This document shows, piece after piece, positions 34,050 through 45,600 of a DNA stretch of 64,000 nt; the first letter of the stretch is position 1; each line of letters opens with the position of its first letter. This DNA comes from Phyllosticta citribraziliensis (lineage: Eukaryota). Position numbers and translations under genes: made by a program. Where the stretch lies: positions 682,001-746,000 of the forward strand of contig NW_027117342.1 in NCBI RefSeq assembly GCF_038025025.1, in the 5' to 3' direction. The notes below the pieces were generated by a model. The model saw only the letters and a program-made list of their open reading frames with translations, was not told where the DNA came from and did no database searches.

Positions 34050-37000
34050 TCAGACATGCTCGAACTCCGGCAATTTCAAGACCTTCGGCTCGTCAAAGTA
34101 GACGGCAGAGCGTCTCGTCTTTTTGAGTACTCGCGAGACATCGTACAAGCCCGAAGGTCGCCATCCCTTTGTGAGGGGAAGGCGTCGGTCCATCATGACT
34201 ATCATGCCGAAGCGTGCCCGTGACAATGCGACGTTGATGCGGTTGCCTTCGGACAGGAAACCAAGCTTGTCGCTGCGAACGAAGTCGACTATGGTGTAGT
34301 CGAATTCTCGGCCTTGGATGCTGTCGAATGTCTCGATCATGAGGTCCGAAAAGCCTTCATTCTGCTCACTCATCTCGGCTTTGGCTGCGATGTACTGCGA
34401 CACTTGGCTGGCGTAGGGCGTGAGCACGGCGACGCGCGAAGGGTCGATGCCGTACGTGTACAGGTCTGAGATGACCTGCATTGTGACTCGCACGCTTGTC
34501 AAGTTATACGAGGAACCGGAAGCGTCGAATCTGGACTCGCCGTGTGCCAAATCGAATTGCACTGCGGGCTGCGGACATTCGATGTGGTGGACTTCTCGAA
34601 GAAACCTCTCGAACGGGGCCGTATGCTCGCGAAATTCCTCGTCAAGACCCTCAGGCGTCTCGATGGCATCGCCGTAGTACGGCTTGTTGTACACGCTGGC
34701 GATTGCGCTGGCGCTGCGGCGTTGCTCGATCAGCTGTACGTGCGGATAACCGAGAGACTGCAAGCGCGTCATGGCAGAATGCGACAAATGCTCACGCAGA
34801 GGGTTGTTGTACTCGGCGACCGGTTGCAACTGGCGCGAATCGCCAACAAGAAGTCTAGTGGTGCTTTGGGAGTACCAAGCGAAGATCGGCCAGAGGTCTG
34901 GGTCTGATGCTCGGGCTGCCTCGTCCACAATGATGACTTTGGGGTTGATACTCTTGGCCAGCTCGCTATCACCAGCGTTCGAGAGCGTCATGACGAGTAT
35001 GTCCGTTCGCGCTAACGCCACGTCTCTTAGAGCCTTCTGCGCCGCTTGGAATGTGACCATTTCCTCGTCGCCCAATTTGCCTTCCTTGTATCGCGAGTAA
35101 ATTTGACGAAAGCATGAGACGACAGATCTTTCGTTTCCTTTGAGCTCATCGCGCGGGAGGGCTGCGATTGCAAGAATAAAACTGCCGAGACTGTTGTCGA
35201 GTAGCCTTAGGCGCTTATCTCCAACACCGAAAGGCTTGTGGATCGCCCTTCTGTACACGCCGGTCAAGGCCTTCGCAGAAGGGGACTGGTCCTCAATTTG
35301 ACTTGATGATAGACCAGAAGACGATGGACGATGAGAGGGTCTCGAAAGGTCAGCTTCCCGTGTAACAATCGACGACTCGGTGTGTCTCGCGTGTACCCTT
35401 ACCACGACGGGAGTGCGACGGGCGGAGAGCTCGTTTGCAAACACCGCGCAGGTACTCTGCACACGCATCGTGATGTCGTCGACGCTGAGGTTGGAAGTCG
35501 ACAAAATCAACACTTTCGGTCCCTTGTGCGGCTTCGAGTTGAAAATGAGGGGTTGCACGAGGTTCGCGATCGTGAACGTCTTGCCAGTCCCTGGAGGCCC
35601 TTGAACAATGCCGATGCCGCTGGGCAGAGAACGAGTCATTGTCACCGCCGCTACTTGGCCAGGGTTGAGCCTTGATTCCACCAGCTCCATGGCGCAAGAA
35701 GCCTGCATATCATGCTCGATGCCCTCGAACAAGTCAACCGTCGACTCGTTTGAGATGCTGCGGCCCAGAAGAGCGGCCTTTGCCCATCCGAGACCGCTGC
35801 ATTCTTCGAATTCTGTCATGCTGTCTGTAATCCTTGTCCAGGGCTGGTCGGCACCGAGAGTGTACAAAACAGGCACTGGGATAGCGTCCAGTAGCGCTCT
35901 TTGTGATTCTTGAAGCGAAAGCATGGTCTCCATCGGCAGGTAGGCGATTTCAGCGCTGTCATAGTGTCCGTTCTCGTCTGAATATCCTCGGTAAAGGATG
36001 ACCGATGTGCTGTTCGAAGGGGCGAATGGGATACGGGAAGTAACCTTGGCGGTCCACAGAATGCCTTCACTCTGCTCATCCTCTTCATTGTTACAATTCA
36101 CGCGAACTAGTAGAGTGTCCCCTTCGCTGAGCCGATACGCCGCTGCGTTGTGGTTAAGGATGCCGAGGAATTGTGTGTTTCCAGTGTTCGGGACGGAAAT
36201 TAAATGCATCGCTCCTTGCAAGGCCTGGGACTGCTTGCCAAGGACTTCAATTTCTTCGGCAATGGCGCAATTGAACAACGTTCGATAGTGCTGCCAGCTG
36301 GAGAAGACGACCTGCTTTCCGGTGAAAATGGGAGGTCTCGTAGACTTTTGAAGAAGCTGCCCCACGGCGTTGTAGAAACTTGCCAGGGGGTCCTGCAAGC
36401 GGTATTGATGCAGTCGATTGTTCAACCTCTCGAGCTTTTCGTCCATCAACATTTCACTGATGAGGATGTGGACCGATCCGTGCTTAGAGAAGGCTGCCTT
36501 TGTGCGATTGAAAACTTCGAAGACCGACTCGTGAGGCGCCGACGTTCCCATGAGATTTCCAGAAGGCGGGTTTGGAGAAAACGGCACAGTGACCAGATAC
36601 AATGAACAGCCTTTGAGAACCGCGGCATTCATGTACGACTGCACAACCTCCCCTGAGAAACCAAAGAGCTTAAGGACAGTTTCCTTTGTGTCTCCAGTGA
36701 CTTTACACCATTCGACTAGTGCGGGCTGGTCGCTGGCGTTTGCGATGCTGTCATGGGTGAGCCGAATTGTGGCAGCGGTAGAACTTTGGAAACTCTGGAC
36801 TCCTTGAGCTTCTACGAAGTCCATGGATAGTTCGATGTAAGAGTCGAAGCCGTCAAAATTTGCAACCGTAATGTAGGTCGCCACCTTGCTCTCGCGTGCG
36901 GGCGGAGGTTCAAGCATGACTTTGCCCTCTTTGCGCTGGCGGACGGCAGCTTCATGCTCCAAGCCATTGCCAACGACAAGCGACGGCTGAGAATCGGCGC

Positions 37001-37085
37001 AGGAGGCGATTGCAAGGACACAGGAGTATGTGCGTTTTTGCCCCGATGCTTTGGCCCTGTATTCGAGTGCCGTTCGATAGGCCAT
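34050..37085 (-). CDS. Superfamily-1 helicase, Upf1/Sen1/DNA2-NAM7-like, 1011 aa, intronless
   Basis: QGPPGTGKT, IIVDEAAR, LVGDSRQLQP, EQRRS, TFDSIQGREFD and NRINVALSRAR. The ~470 aa N-terminal region is unrecognised. Confidence 0.92.
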   Translation of the reverse strand: MAYRTALEYRAKASGQKRTYSCVLAIASCADSQPSLVVGNGLEHEAAVRQRKEGKVMLEPPPARESKVATYITVANFDGFDSYIELSMDFVEAQGVQSFQSSTAATIRLTHDSIANASDQPALVEWCKVTGDTKETVLKLFGFSGEVVQSYMNAAVLKGCSLYLVTVPFSPNPPSGNLMGTSAPHESVFEVFNRTKAAFSKHGSVHILISEMLMDEKLERLNNRLHQYRLQDPLASFYNAVGQLLQKSTRPPIFTGKQVVFSSWQHYRTLFNCAIAEEIEVLGKQSQALQGAMHLISVPNTGNTQFLGILNHNAAAYRLSEGDTLLVRVNCNNEEDEQSEGILWTAKVTSRIPFAPSNSTSVILYRGYSDENGHYDSAEIAYLPMETMLSLQESQRALLDAIPVPVLYTLGADQPWTRITDSMTEFEECSGLGWAKAALLGRSISNESTVDLFEGIEHDMQASCAMELVESRLNPGQVAAVTMTRSLPSGIGIVQGPPGTGKTFTIANLVQPLIFNSKPHKGPKVLILSTSNLSVDDITMRVQSTCAVFANELSARRTPVVVRVHARHTESSIVTREADLSRPSHRPSSSGLSSSQIEDQSPSAKALTGVYRRAIHKPFGVGDKRLRLLDNSLGSFILAIAALPRDELKGNERSVVSCFRQIYSRYKEGKLGDEEMVTFQAAQKALRDVALARTDILVMTLSNAGDSELAKSINPKVIIVDEAARASDPDLWPIFAWYSQSTTRLLVGDSRQLQPVAEYNNPLREHLSHSAMTRLQSLGYPHVQLIEQRRSASAIASVYNKPYYGDAIETPEGLDEEFREHTAPFERFLREVHHIECPQPAVQFDLAHGESRFDASGSSYNLTSVRVTMQVISDLYTYGIDPSRVAVLTPYASQVSQYIAAKAEMSEQNEGFSDLMIETFDSIQGREFDYTIVDFVRSDKLGFLSEGNRINVALSRARFGMIVMMDRRLPLTKGWRPSGLYDVSRVLKKTRRSAVYFDEPKVLKLPEFEHV

Positions 37086-39906
37086 TTCTATGGTGTCGGC
37101 AAAAACGGGTGAAGGGGTAGTGGTGCTGATCCCAGGGATTTGTTTCGGGTCCGTGGGTGGTGAAGGATGTGCGACGGCCCGATGATCTGGTGAAAGTCAA
37201 AGATTCTGAGTCTGAATTCGAAGGCAGGAATGTCGATGACGGCTTGAGAGCGGTAGAGTAAGAGCGTGGCGACAAGATTTTGATGTCGGTGGGAGGGATC
37301 GCGGTGGTGTTGATTCGGTCGGAAGTGGGCGCCAGACTCCGGGGAGGCCTCAGTTGGTTTTGCGGGTACGAAAGCAGGCGATAGCAGCCAAAAGGTTGAC
37401 CTGCGCCAGTGGGTGGTATTTTGCGTTGGCGGGTAGAAGCGACGCCGTTAGTGTCAAATTCTGCACGGTGTTAACTCCCGTACAGTTTTAATTTCTGTCT
37501 AGTAATAAAGTGTGTTAAACTTGCGACCACCCTTACACATCAGGTCTCGAATGGTCCTGCGTCGTATTCGCGAAAGATCATGAATGCTCCCCCTGTGCCG
37601 GATCAAAAGGCTCGGCAGTGTCCACTGAAATACAGCTGAATGCTGCAAGAAATGAAGAAGTACATAGCCCAGCAAGCCGTGACTCATTGTGTTGACGCAC
37701 CTGCAAAACAATCCAGAGTTTGGTTGCTTTGTCCCCAATGTGTTCACCCGAATGGGATGAGGTTGGTTCAAGCATCGGTGATAGGCCCGAAAACTTCGCT
37801 AAGCGAATCCTCCCGCTGGTCCCTGATCCAGCGCGTCGGGCCGTCGTACTACTCCACGGCGGGGCACGCACCGCCACCCCCCACATGGATGCTTGCAAAC
37901 ACCACAACTGCCCGAGAGCGCGCTTACCTGTCGGCCGACTGCAATAAGTCAGTGAGTAGACATCGCGCAATCGAGGGAATGCTCCAAGCGGCGCAGCGGG
38001 AATGCATTTCCCACCACTACTCGTCCTGGAAAATCTGAGTCCGCAACGACGACATCAAGTAAGGAATTTGCATTTAGCTGGTCAGCTCCGTCTCCACCGA
38101 CCAGTGCCAGCCGATTCTCCGCGGCGGCCCCAAACGCAAAGCTTGCTGCCCTCTCTACCTCTCAACACTACCCCACAACAACACCATTTGGAGCTTTCAG
38201 AGCCCTGTGCGCGACGAAGAAGCATTCATACTTTCATACCAATCAAACCTGAGCCCTACCGACTCGAAGCAGGCGCTGGTACCTGACCCACCGCGTAGGG
38301 ACGTCGCACATTTTCCGCGGCAGGGCACGCGCGTACCCCCACCTCCTCGCAAACACCAAAACCACCAACTCAACGACCGGCCAATCCAACTTCAAATCGT
38401 AGAAACGGGCTTTTCAACCATTCATGTATCTTTTCTATCGCTCCCGACCCCAAAGCCGGTCACCCACTCTTTCTGTACCACTGCCCGGGGCATGAGGCCG
38501 ACTTTCGCATCCGCAAAGAAGGAAAAAACAGCTCTACACTCGAATGCGTCAGTACCACCATGCCGACCCTTTGATCCAGCTTTACAAAGCAAGCCTCCTC
38601 TTCTGCAAGCGGAGTCGCCCTGGAATCACGGGCGGCAAAAGCGGCAAACTCTGTGGCGGGGAATAATACGGGACAAATTTTGAGTGCGCGGTTGCGGGGC
38701 GGAAATCAAGAGGTCAGCGCAAGGGTTGCAAAGGCAGCATGCGGTCGCTTTTGTGCCGCACTGGGGAAACAGGCAATACATTAGTATTCTGAAAGATGAG
38801 TTGGCTTCCTGCGCAGAGAGTGACGGCTACAGTCTGGTTCTTTCCGCAAATTCCGGCGTGTAGCTGAACATCTGGAAGTTTCATGGGAAGCAAAACTCGC
38901 TTCGCGTATCCCTTTTGCGCCCGACGACGGCAAGTCTCAATCACACAGCGCACACCAGTCTGACCGCTACAACGTGGTAGCATCCGGCAGGACGCGATTG
39001 TCTCCCCGCGGAAGCCTGCGCTTGGCCACTATATCAATGACTCTGTTCGCTCTACGGTACACACTTGATTGCCTAGACATCACCCGCTCGAGTCCAGACT
39101 CTGACACTCTTCTCTCTGCGTCTGCTTCGTGCGCCAAAGCCCGAATTGAGCCCTCGTCACCTTGCACGCACCTCGCCGAAATTTCATGATTGAGATTCTT
39201 TGCCGCAATGCGGGTTTCGAGCGGCTTCTGGCTTGTTTGCCAGAAGTGTAGCATGATCAGTTCCAGGTCCGCCGTTCTCTTTGAGCTCTCCCGCACCTCC
39301 ACTATCGACGCTTCTGGATCCGTCTATTGCCAGGGGCTATGATGGGGAGGCTGTCAGCCCCTACCAAAGTTGCGCTGAGGGAGCATTCACACGACACGCC
39401 ACGAAGCACCTACAATACTTTGTGGCTGACGAGCCAGAAGAGCGCTGGCTCGCGCCAGCTGCGGGAAGAGAAAGATGAGGATCAGAAAGCTCAGGAAACA
39501 GCGGCTGTAGCGCCGCTGGTTTTGTGATATCAATGTGGCAGGCTTCTTGAAATTCGGTAGAAGGCAGCGGCCGACTCAACTGCTACTTTCAAGTAGTCTC
39601 TCATTGGCTCCCTCCGCCTTCATCTCTGCGGCGCGAGCTTCAAAGTCACCTAAGTCACGACCAGCGGAACCAAAAATAAGTCAATGTCTCTCATTCAATG
39701 TCTGCGGGCCAACCGCTTCCTGCCTGTATCCTGACTGTCGCAACCAGAAACCAAGCCATTCGGGGCGCGATGTGCAAATAACCTAGGCAAGAGTCTAATG
39801 GATTATCGCCGAGCCGCCCTACTTGTTGCCACCCCACCGGACAGACAGGGTCTTGAGTGGAGACCGCATTCGCTCACGTCGCCCTGCGAGACAGGCCGAG
39901 CAAGGA

Positions 39907-40813
39907 CTAGACGGTGACAGGAATGTCTTCGATGCTAGGGACGACCACCCTTGGATCCATCGGCATGTTCTTCCACAGTGTGTACTCCGTTTCCTTCTTC
40001 TGCTTGAGCTCAGCAATCACTGCCGGTCTGCTCTTGGCCAGGATGCGAAACAGGAAAGAATTCTCGGCCGCCAGGATCCAGCACTGGAGGATGTAGTCGT
40101 GGCAAGCCTGCAGCTTGGCCTTGATCTCGTCGTTGGTCGACTCGGGAGGGTAGAAGATGGCGTCGTAGTCGACGGCGGAGATGGGCTTCCACATTTCCTT
40201 CGCGACGCCGAGAGGATTGCGACGGAAGTAGGCCGCCCAGATGTCGTGGCGCTCCTCTTCCGTAAGGTCGCCCATGTCTTTGCCCTGCGCGCGGCTCTTC
40301 ACGATGTTCTCGACTTGACCAGCGACAAATTTGAGGATTTGTCCCTGCCATCCACCTCCAGTGCGCACGTCCAGTTGGTTGGCGGTGCACCTCTGCATGT
40401 CCTCACCCTGCCTGGCCCTCTTGGGCAGAACCCCGACCTGGTCGGGGCCGAGTTGGTGGCGCACGAAGTACACCAAGAACTTGATCCTGTTCCATTTGGA
40501 TGGAAGGTGGTAGATGTCGCCTGGAGCCGGTCAGTGGAAGCAGCCAACGGGCGACAAGGCATCATCCCGCGGGTCAGGTTGTCGAAACATCCCGAGGGGC
40601 CGGCAAGGCGCGTTCTGCGTCCGGTAACACCACCGGAAGTGGGGAGAGCCACTCGGTCGATGTCAAAGCCCGCCATAATGCGCTTTTTGGAATCTGGTGC
40701 AGGGAATGTCTGTCCAGAACATCCAAATTAGAAGGGCTGCTTGCGTTGAGATGGAGATTTGCCTACCTGACAATTTGAGGCAGGACGATGGAGTAGCTGG
40801 TAAGATCAGGCGT
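39907..40813 (-). pseudogene. 'Family X' unknown protein, degraded copy 1
   Basis: RRTRLAGPSGCFDNL, KWNRIKFLVYFVRH, WAAYFRRNPLGV, WILAAENSF and KETEYTLWKNMP align with 48260-49310. The start position reads CAGATC-ACG instead of CAGATC-ATG, and the frames are broken. Confidence 0.75.
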
Positions 40814-41024
40814 GATCTGGGCCAGAAACGCACAGCTGGCATGGCAGAGCAGAGGGAGATGAAGAGTTGGAGCCGGTGAGTTGGAGCCTGAGGTGTAAGG
40901 TGTTTTGAGGTGATGAGATTGGGAAAAAGGCTGCAAGGTCCAGAAGCAAGTAGAGCCCTGATATTTTCACTTCGGTTCACTTCGCGCAGGCAAAAGTCTA
41001 TGAAGACATATGAAGCAAAGGACA

Positions 41025-41170
41025 CCGAGGAGGAGCTATCCCTGCAGATTGGTGATGGCGACGAAGGCGTGTCCTGTCTTCTAGGAAACTTTGCGCCGCT
41101 TGCTTTTAGCCCATACTTTGCCGACACTTTGCCCATTCTGATATCATTTGATGGACGCATGATGTGATTT
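41025..41170 (-). pseudogene. Orphan duplicated 3' tail of a family X gene
   Basis: KRRKVS*KTGHAFVAITNLQG* versus KRRKVAVKTGHSFVPITGLQG* at 41302-41365, with the downstream flank (GAGGAGCTATCCCTG) also shared. Confidence 0.7.
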
Positions 41171-42162
41171 GGCTATGAACGGTAAATAAAAAACCCCCAG
41201 CTTTACCTGGAAGGAAAGCCAACCCGCCCACGTGCCTGCCATTGACTTAGAAATGAAGAAGAAACCACTCACTCCTGTACAAGAACATGACCCCGGAGGA
41301 GCTATCCCTGTAGACCAGTGATGGGGACAAAGCTGTGTCCCGTCTTGACAGCGACTTTGCGCCGCTTGTTGGCCGCATCCTTGCCGGACGTGACGGGGAG
41401 TGTCTTGAGGTCAGGGATGATAATGTAGTCCTCCCTAACCAGGCGCTTCCAGTGGTTGTACACCGACTCGCCTTGAGGCACACCTCCAGTTGCACGGCCA
41501 AGGTACTCTGGCACAAGCTGCATCTTCAGAGATGCTTCGGCGGAGAGGATGAAACACCACATCAAGTAAGTGCGCCAAGCCTGAAGCTTTCTGGCCAGTT
41601 CATCGTCGAGGTCGTTAGGTGGATCAAGGATCACCTCAAAGTCGATGACTTTGTCCATTGAGCCGTACATGCCCTTCACCAGTGTCATTTTGTCTTTGCG
41701 CCACATGGGCACCCAGAGGTTGTCTCTCCTGTTGGCGTTGGACATGCGGGTGATATCGGTGTGGTCGGCCATCTTTTGCTCGTACGTCTCCTCGACAAGC
41801 TTCTTCATGTACGTCAGGGCGGTCGTTTGCATCGTCTGGACGGCCCGGACGTTGGACCTTTCCATCCACAAGTACTCGAAACTGTGGGCTGGATGCTTGT
41901 GCAGAATTTGCTCCATGTCGGCGCGATGAATGTCATGGGCGACAAAGTACACGAGAGTACTCAGGTCTCGCATCTTCCCGGAGGATTCTCCGCTTTCCGC
42001 TGTGTCATAGGTCCGATTGACCAGTGCGTCGTCTGCGGCAATGTGGCGCGTCAATCCATCAAGGTAGCCTGCCGAACCGGCGAGAATCACGCGTTTTCCA
42101 TTGAGGTTTGGCTCTGTCGGGAGGACGTCCAACTCGTCAGGGATGGCCTCGCGGCGGCTGCG

Positions 42163-42429
42163 TGTTGGTGGTCCTGTGTAACAACACCAAGCAGTCTCCC
42201 GTCGCGTCGTCTCAGCTGCAGTTCGCCTGGACGACTGCAGCTTGTCCGGACGACGACTCGCTGCTTCAGTCGAGATGCGCTTGTCTGTCGGCTTCGCGCG
42301 TCTCAACGAGTTCAGGACTCGTCGGCAGTTGGCACCGGCTACTGCTCCCCCTAGCGGTTTCAGCAGTATATAGATAGCTCTCAGAGTAGCCTCGAATGGA
42401 GTCTTCAGTTCTCTCATCTTACTTCGTCA
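42163..42429 (+). repeat. 5' LTR
   Basis: TG...CA ends, 267 bp, two mismatches to the 3' LTR. Confidence 0.95.
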
Positions 42430-42441
42430 GGTTATGAGCCC
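42430..42441 (+). promoter_or_regulatory. Primer-binding site
   Basis: GGTTATGAGCCC directly after the 5' LTR, the type of PBS seen in copia elements primed by an internal tRNA-iMet fragment. Confidence 0.8.
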
Positions 42442-42644
42442 TCGCGTTACACGCATAAATCGCTTATCCAGCTTGTTTTGGTGTTGCACCGCGACACCGT
42501 CCACACGATCGTCGCCGACGGTTGTTTTGTTGTTTCGTCGTTTCGTCCCTCGTCGTCTCGCACGATTCCTGCTCTTCAGCAAATTTGTTAGCGTTGTCTG
42601 TCTCCACGACTCCAAGCAACGTACCGACAGTCATCGCCTTCGCC

Positions 42645-45600
42645 ATGACTTCACCTTCCCTTCCTCCCTCGTCGTCCGGCAGTTCAGGCTTCACCGCCGC
42701 CTCATCTTCCGCACCGGCCAAGCAGGCCGAGGCCAAAGAAGAGGTGGACCTGACCACAAACGACAGCAAGTTCAGTATCCCTTCAAAGAACATCCAGCCA
42801 CTCAAAGGCCCCGCCGACTGGGTGACCTTCAAGATGATGGTCGAGATGAGGCTTGGTCCATTCCATTGCGCCCATCTGCTCAAGGACGAGCCGAAAAATG
42901 CCACTGATCATGAGAAGGATGCGTATATCGTCTGCTGGTTCACGATGATTATCACGCTTCCTATCATGATAGCGCTACAGGGGCATACCGGTTCAGCTCG
43001 CTCTATATGGCGGAAGCTTTGCGACATGTACGACGCCAAGGGTATCCTCTCTGAGGCCGACGTTATCAAGGACTTCATCTTCTGTCGACGCGGCGATTTC
43101 GCGACGGCGAAGGAATTCTGTGATGCCCTGTACGAACGAAGGCAAGCCTGCATTAGCCGCATCCAATGGCAAGTTGAGGACCGGATTCTCTGCGTTCTGC
43201 TCCTAGAAAACTTACAGGACGACATTCCCGTCTGGTGTACGACTCAGCGCACGAATTGGCGCGACAAGAAGGAGACGCCCAAGTTTGAGGATCTCTTCTA
43301 CGCTGCAACCGACGAGATCAAACGCGCTGGTGAGAATGGTACCACAGCTCTCACTGTTCGCACCGGTCAGCAGTCCGCCAAGCAGTCCAAGTCCAACCGT
43401 GCCACCTGCGATCACTGCGGAAAGAAGGGGCATATCAAGGCCAAGTGTGGCCATCTTCACCTCGAACACCGTCCCACCCATTGGAAGCCAGTATCAGGGG
43501 TATTCCACGTACCAGACAATCGAGTCTCCAAACCGCCGACGGCGGCGACAGCGACAACAACGTCAACAACCAACCCTCCAGCGCAAGGCGCAAACTACTT
43601 CGCCACCCTGCGCCTATATCCAGCTTCGACAAAGGATGAATGGATCGTTGACACCGGGGCTGACACCCACTGCACGCCGAATTCAACCAAGCTGACGAAC
43701 TACTCACGGTTCGCGCAGCCGGTCCAGGTACGCGGTTTAGGTACGGCAACAGCTGTTGGCCGCGGCGACGCCGTACTCCACTGTCCCATGAATGGTGTGG
43801 TCAACACTCTCACAATAGAGGGTGTTCTGCACATTCCGGCGCTGACAGTCAGTCTTGTCTCAGCTTCAAAACTCAAGCAGAAGGGACTGTACCTGGATCA
43901 GCTCACCTCCACGTTACAAACGCAAAACCATGGAACGGCTGTTGCGGCTTGCCCTGACAGTTCGGGGGTGAACATTCTGATGGTCGTCGACGACAATCAT
44001 GCGGCGCAAGCATTTGCTGCAGCGACTCCTCCTGCAGCAACGTATGAGACGTGGCACCAGCGATTGGGGCATGTCCACACTGGCGCGCTCGACGAGCTCC
44101 AGCGCCAGGGACAACTCGTCGTCACCGGCGACCGAGACTTCCATTGCGAATCCTGCCATGTGGCCAAGTCCCACCGGACGGTGTCATACAAACTGATGCC
44201 TCAAGCAGACGCGCCCTTCGGACGCGTCCACGTTGACGTATTTGGACTGCTTGTGGTCAGCCATGACGGCTGCCGTTGGGGGGTGGTGTTCATGGACGAC
44301 TACTTGCGTCTGCGACACTTGTCAGTTACGAAGACCAAGGGCGACGCCTTTGACAGCATTCAAAACTTCAGCGAATGGACCAAAACCCAGTTCCAACGCA
44401 AGATCCAAGCCCTCCGAATGGATAATGGCATGGAGTTTGGCGGCCAAAAGCTGCTGGCATGGGCAAAGACAGAGGGCATTGAGGTTGAAAAGACGGCACC
44501 GTACTCACCTGAGCAAAACGGTATCAGTGAGTCGTCCGTACGCCTCATCACTGGTATGGCCCGCTCCATGAGTATCGCGTTAAATACGCCTCGATCATTG
44601 TGGACGGAAGCCTGTCGACATGCGGTGTATCTTCTCAACTGTCTTCCCACTTGCGCACTTGACGGCAAGACACCGGTTGACGTTTTCAATGATGCTGTCG
44701 GCAGGCATGAGGACGTCCAGTTGCCAGTGCCAGTCTTTAGTATCACCGCATACGCTCATATCCCGGCTGAGAAGCGTCTCAAGAGCGCCAAATTTAATGC
44801 AAGAGCGGAGAAAGGACAGTTCGTTGGCTATGACTGTGAGCACATCTTCCGGGTGTATCTCCCTCGAATGAACCGGGTTATCCGCACTCGGGACGTACGT
44901 TTTGGACCTCCTCAGCAGCCAGACTCGACAGCCGCTGCAAACGATGCAGAAGACGGAAAAGTCGAGAACGGCGACGACGAGACGCTTGTTGTGCGTCTCA
45001 CATTAAAAACAGTTCGAGACGCTCTCAAAGGCAACGCTGAAGCAATCCGCAACGTGGCGGAACAAGCAATTGAAGTGGTGGAGAGGTCCGACGTGGGTGG
45101 TGTGGATGTTAGTAGTGGAGGTGAGGAGGACGCGTTCGTGGATGTCATGCCATCAGCAGATGAAATGGATCGGATCAACGTCTCTCCAGCCAATGAACGC
45201 GCCGGATCTGATGATTCAGCACTCACCGACCTGACTTCAACCCCGCCGCCGCCCTCACCGTCTCCATCACCTGCACCTACTCCACCACTGACAGCACCAT
45301 CACGATACCCTCAGCGGATTCGCACCAAGACACAATTCTTTGACGAGAAACACGGTTCAGACGATGCTCGACCTCCTCAACCATCTGCTCACTGCGTGCG
45401 CGCCTTCGCCGCTGCAGAAAACGCCGCTCGTCACCAACAAGACGCCATCCCTACTGACGAGGTTCCGCCTCGCTCATGGCGTGAGGCCCTTACAGGGCCG
45501 AAATCCATCCATTGGAGACCCTCCATGGACAAGCAGATACGGGAGTTGACCGACGCCGGCACCTTCGAAGAGACTGACTACCCGTCAGATGGCTCTCAGG

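Noticed and set aside
21916..37085. Identification as meiotic-silencing genes sad-6 and sad-3, or as UPF1/SEN1
   Set aside because: Only superfamily-level motifs are shared and no diagnostic domains were seen, so no gene symbol is assigned.
37500..38040. Coding-like relics here and at 19.7-20.4, 47.95-48.25, 51.85-52.15 and 60.65-60.9 kb
   Set aside because: Broken frames with no recognisable motif or internal paralogue. They cannot be supported without a search.
41302..42417. 371-aa ORF as a real gene
   Set aside because: Its first ~85 codons are antisense LTR sequence. The true 5' exons lie at 47352-47511.
42522..42644. Upstream start of the copia polyprotein
   Set aside because: Non-ATG start in the leader. 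The first ATG in good context is at 42645.
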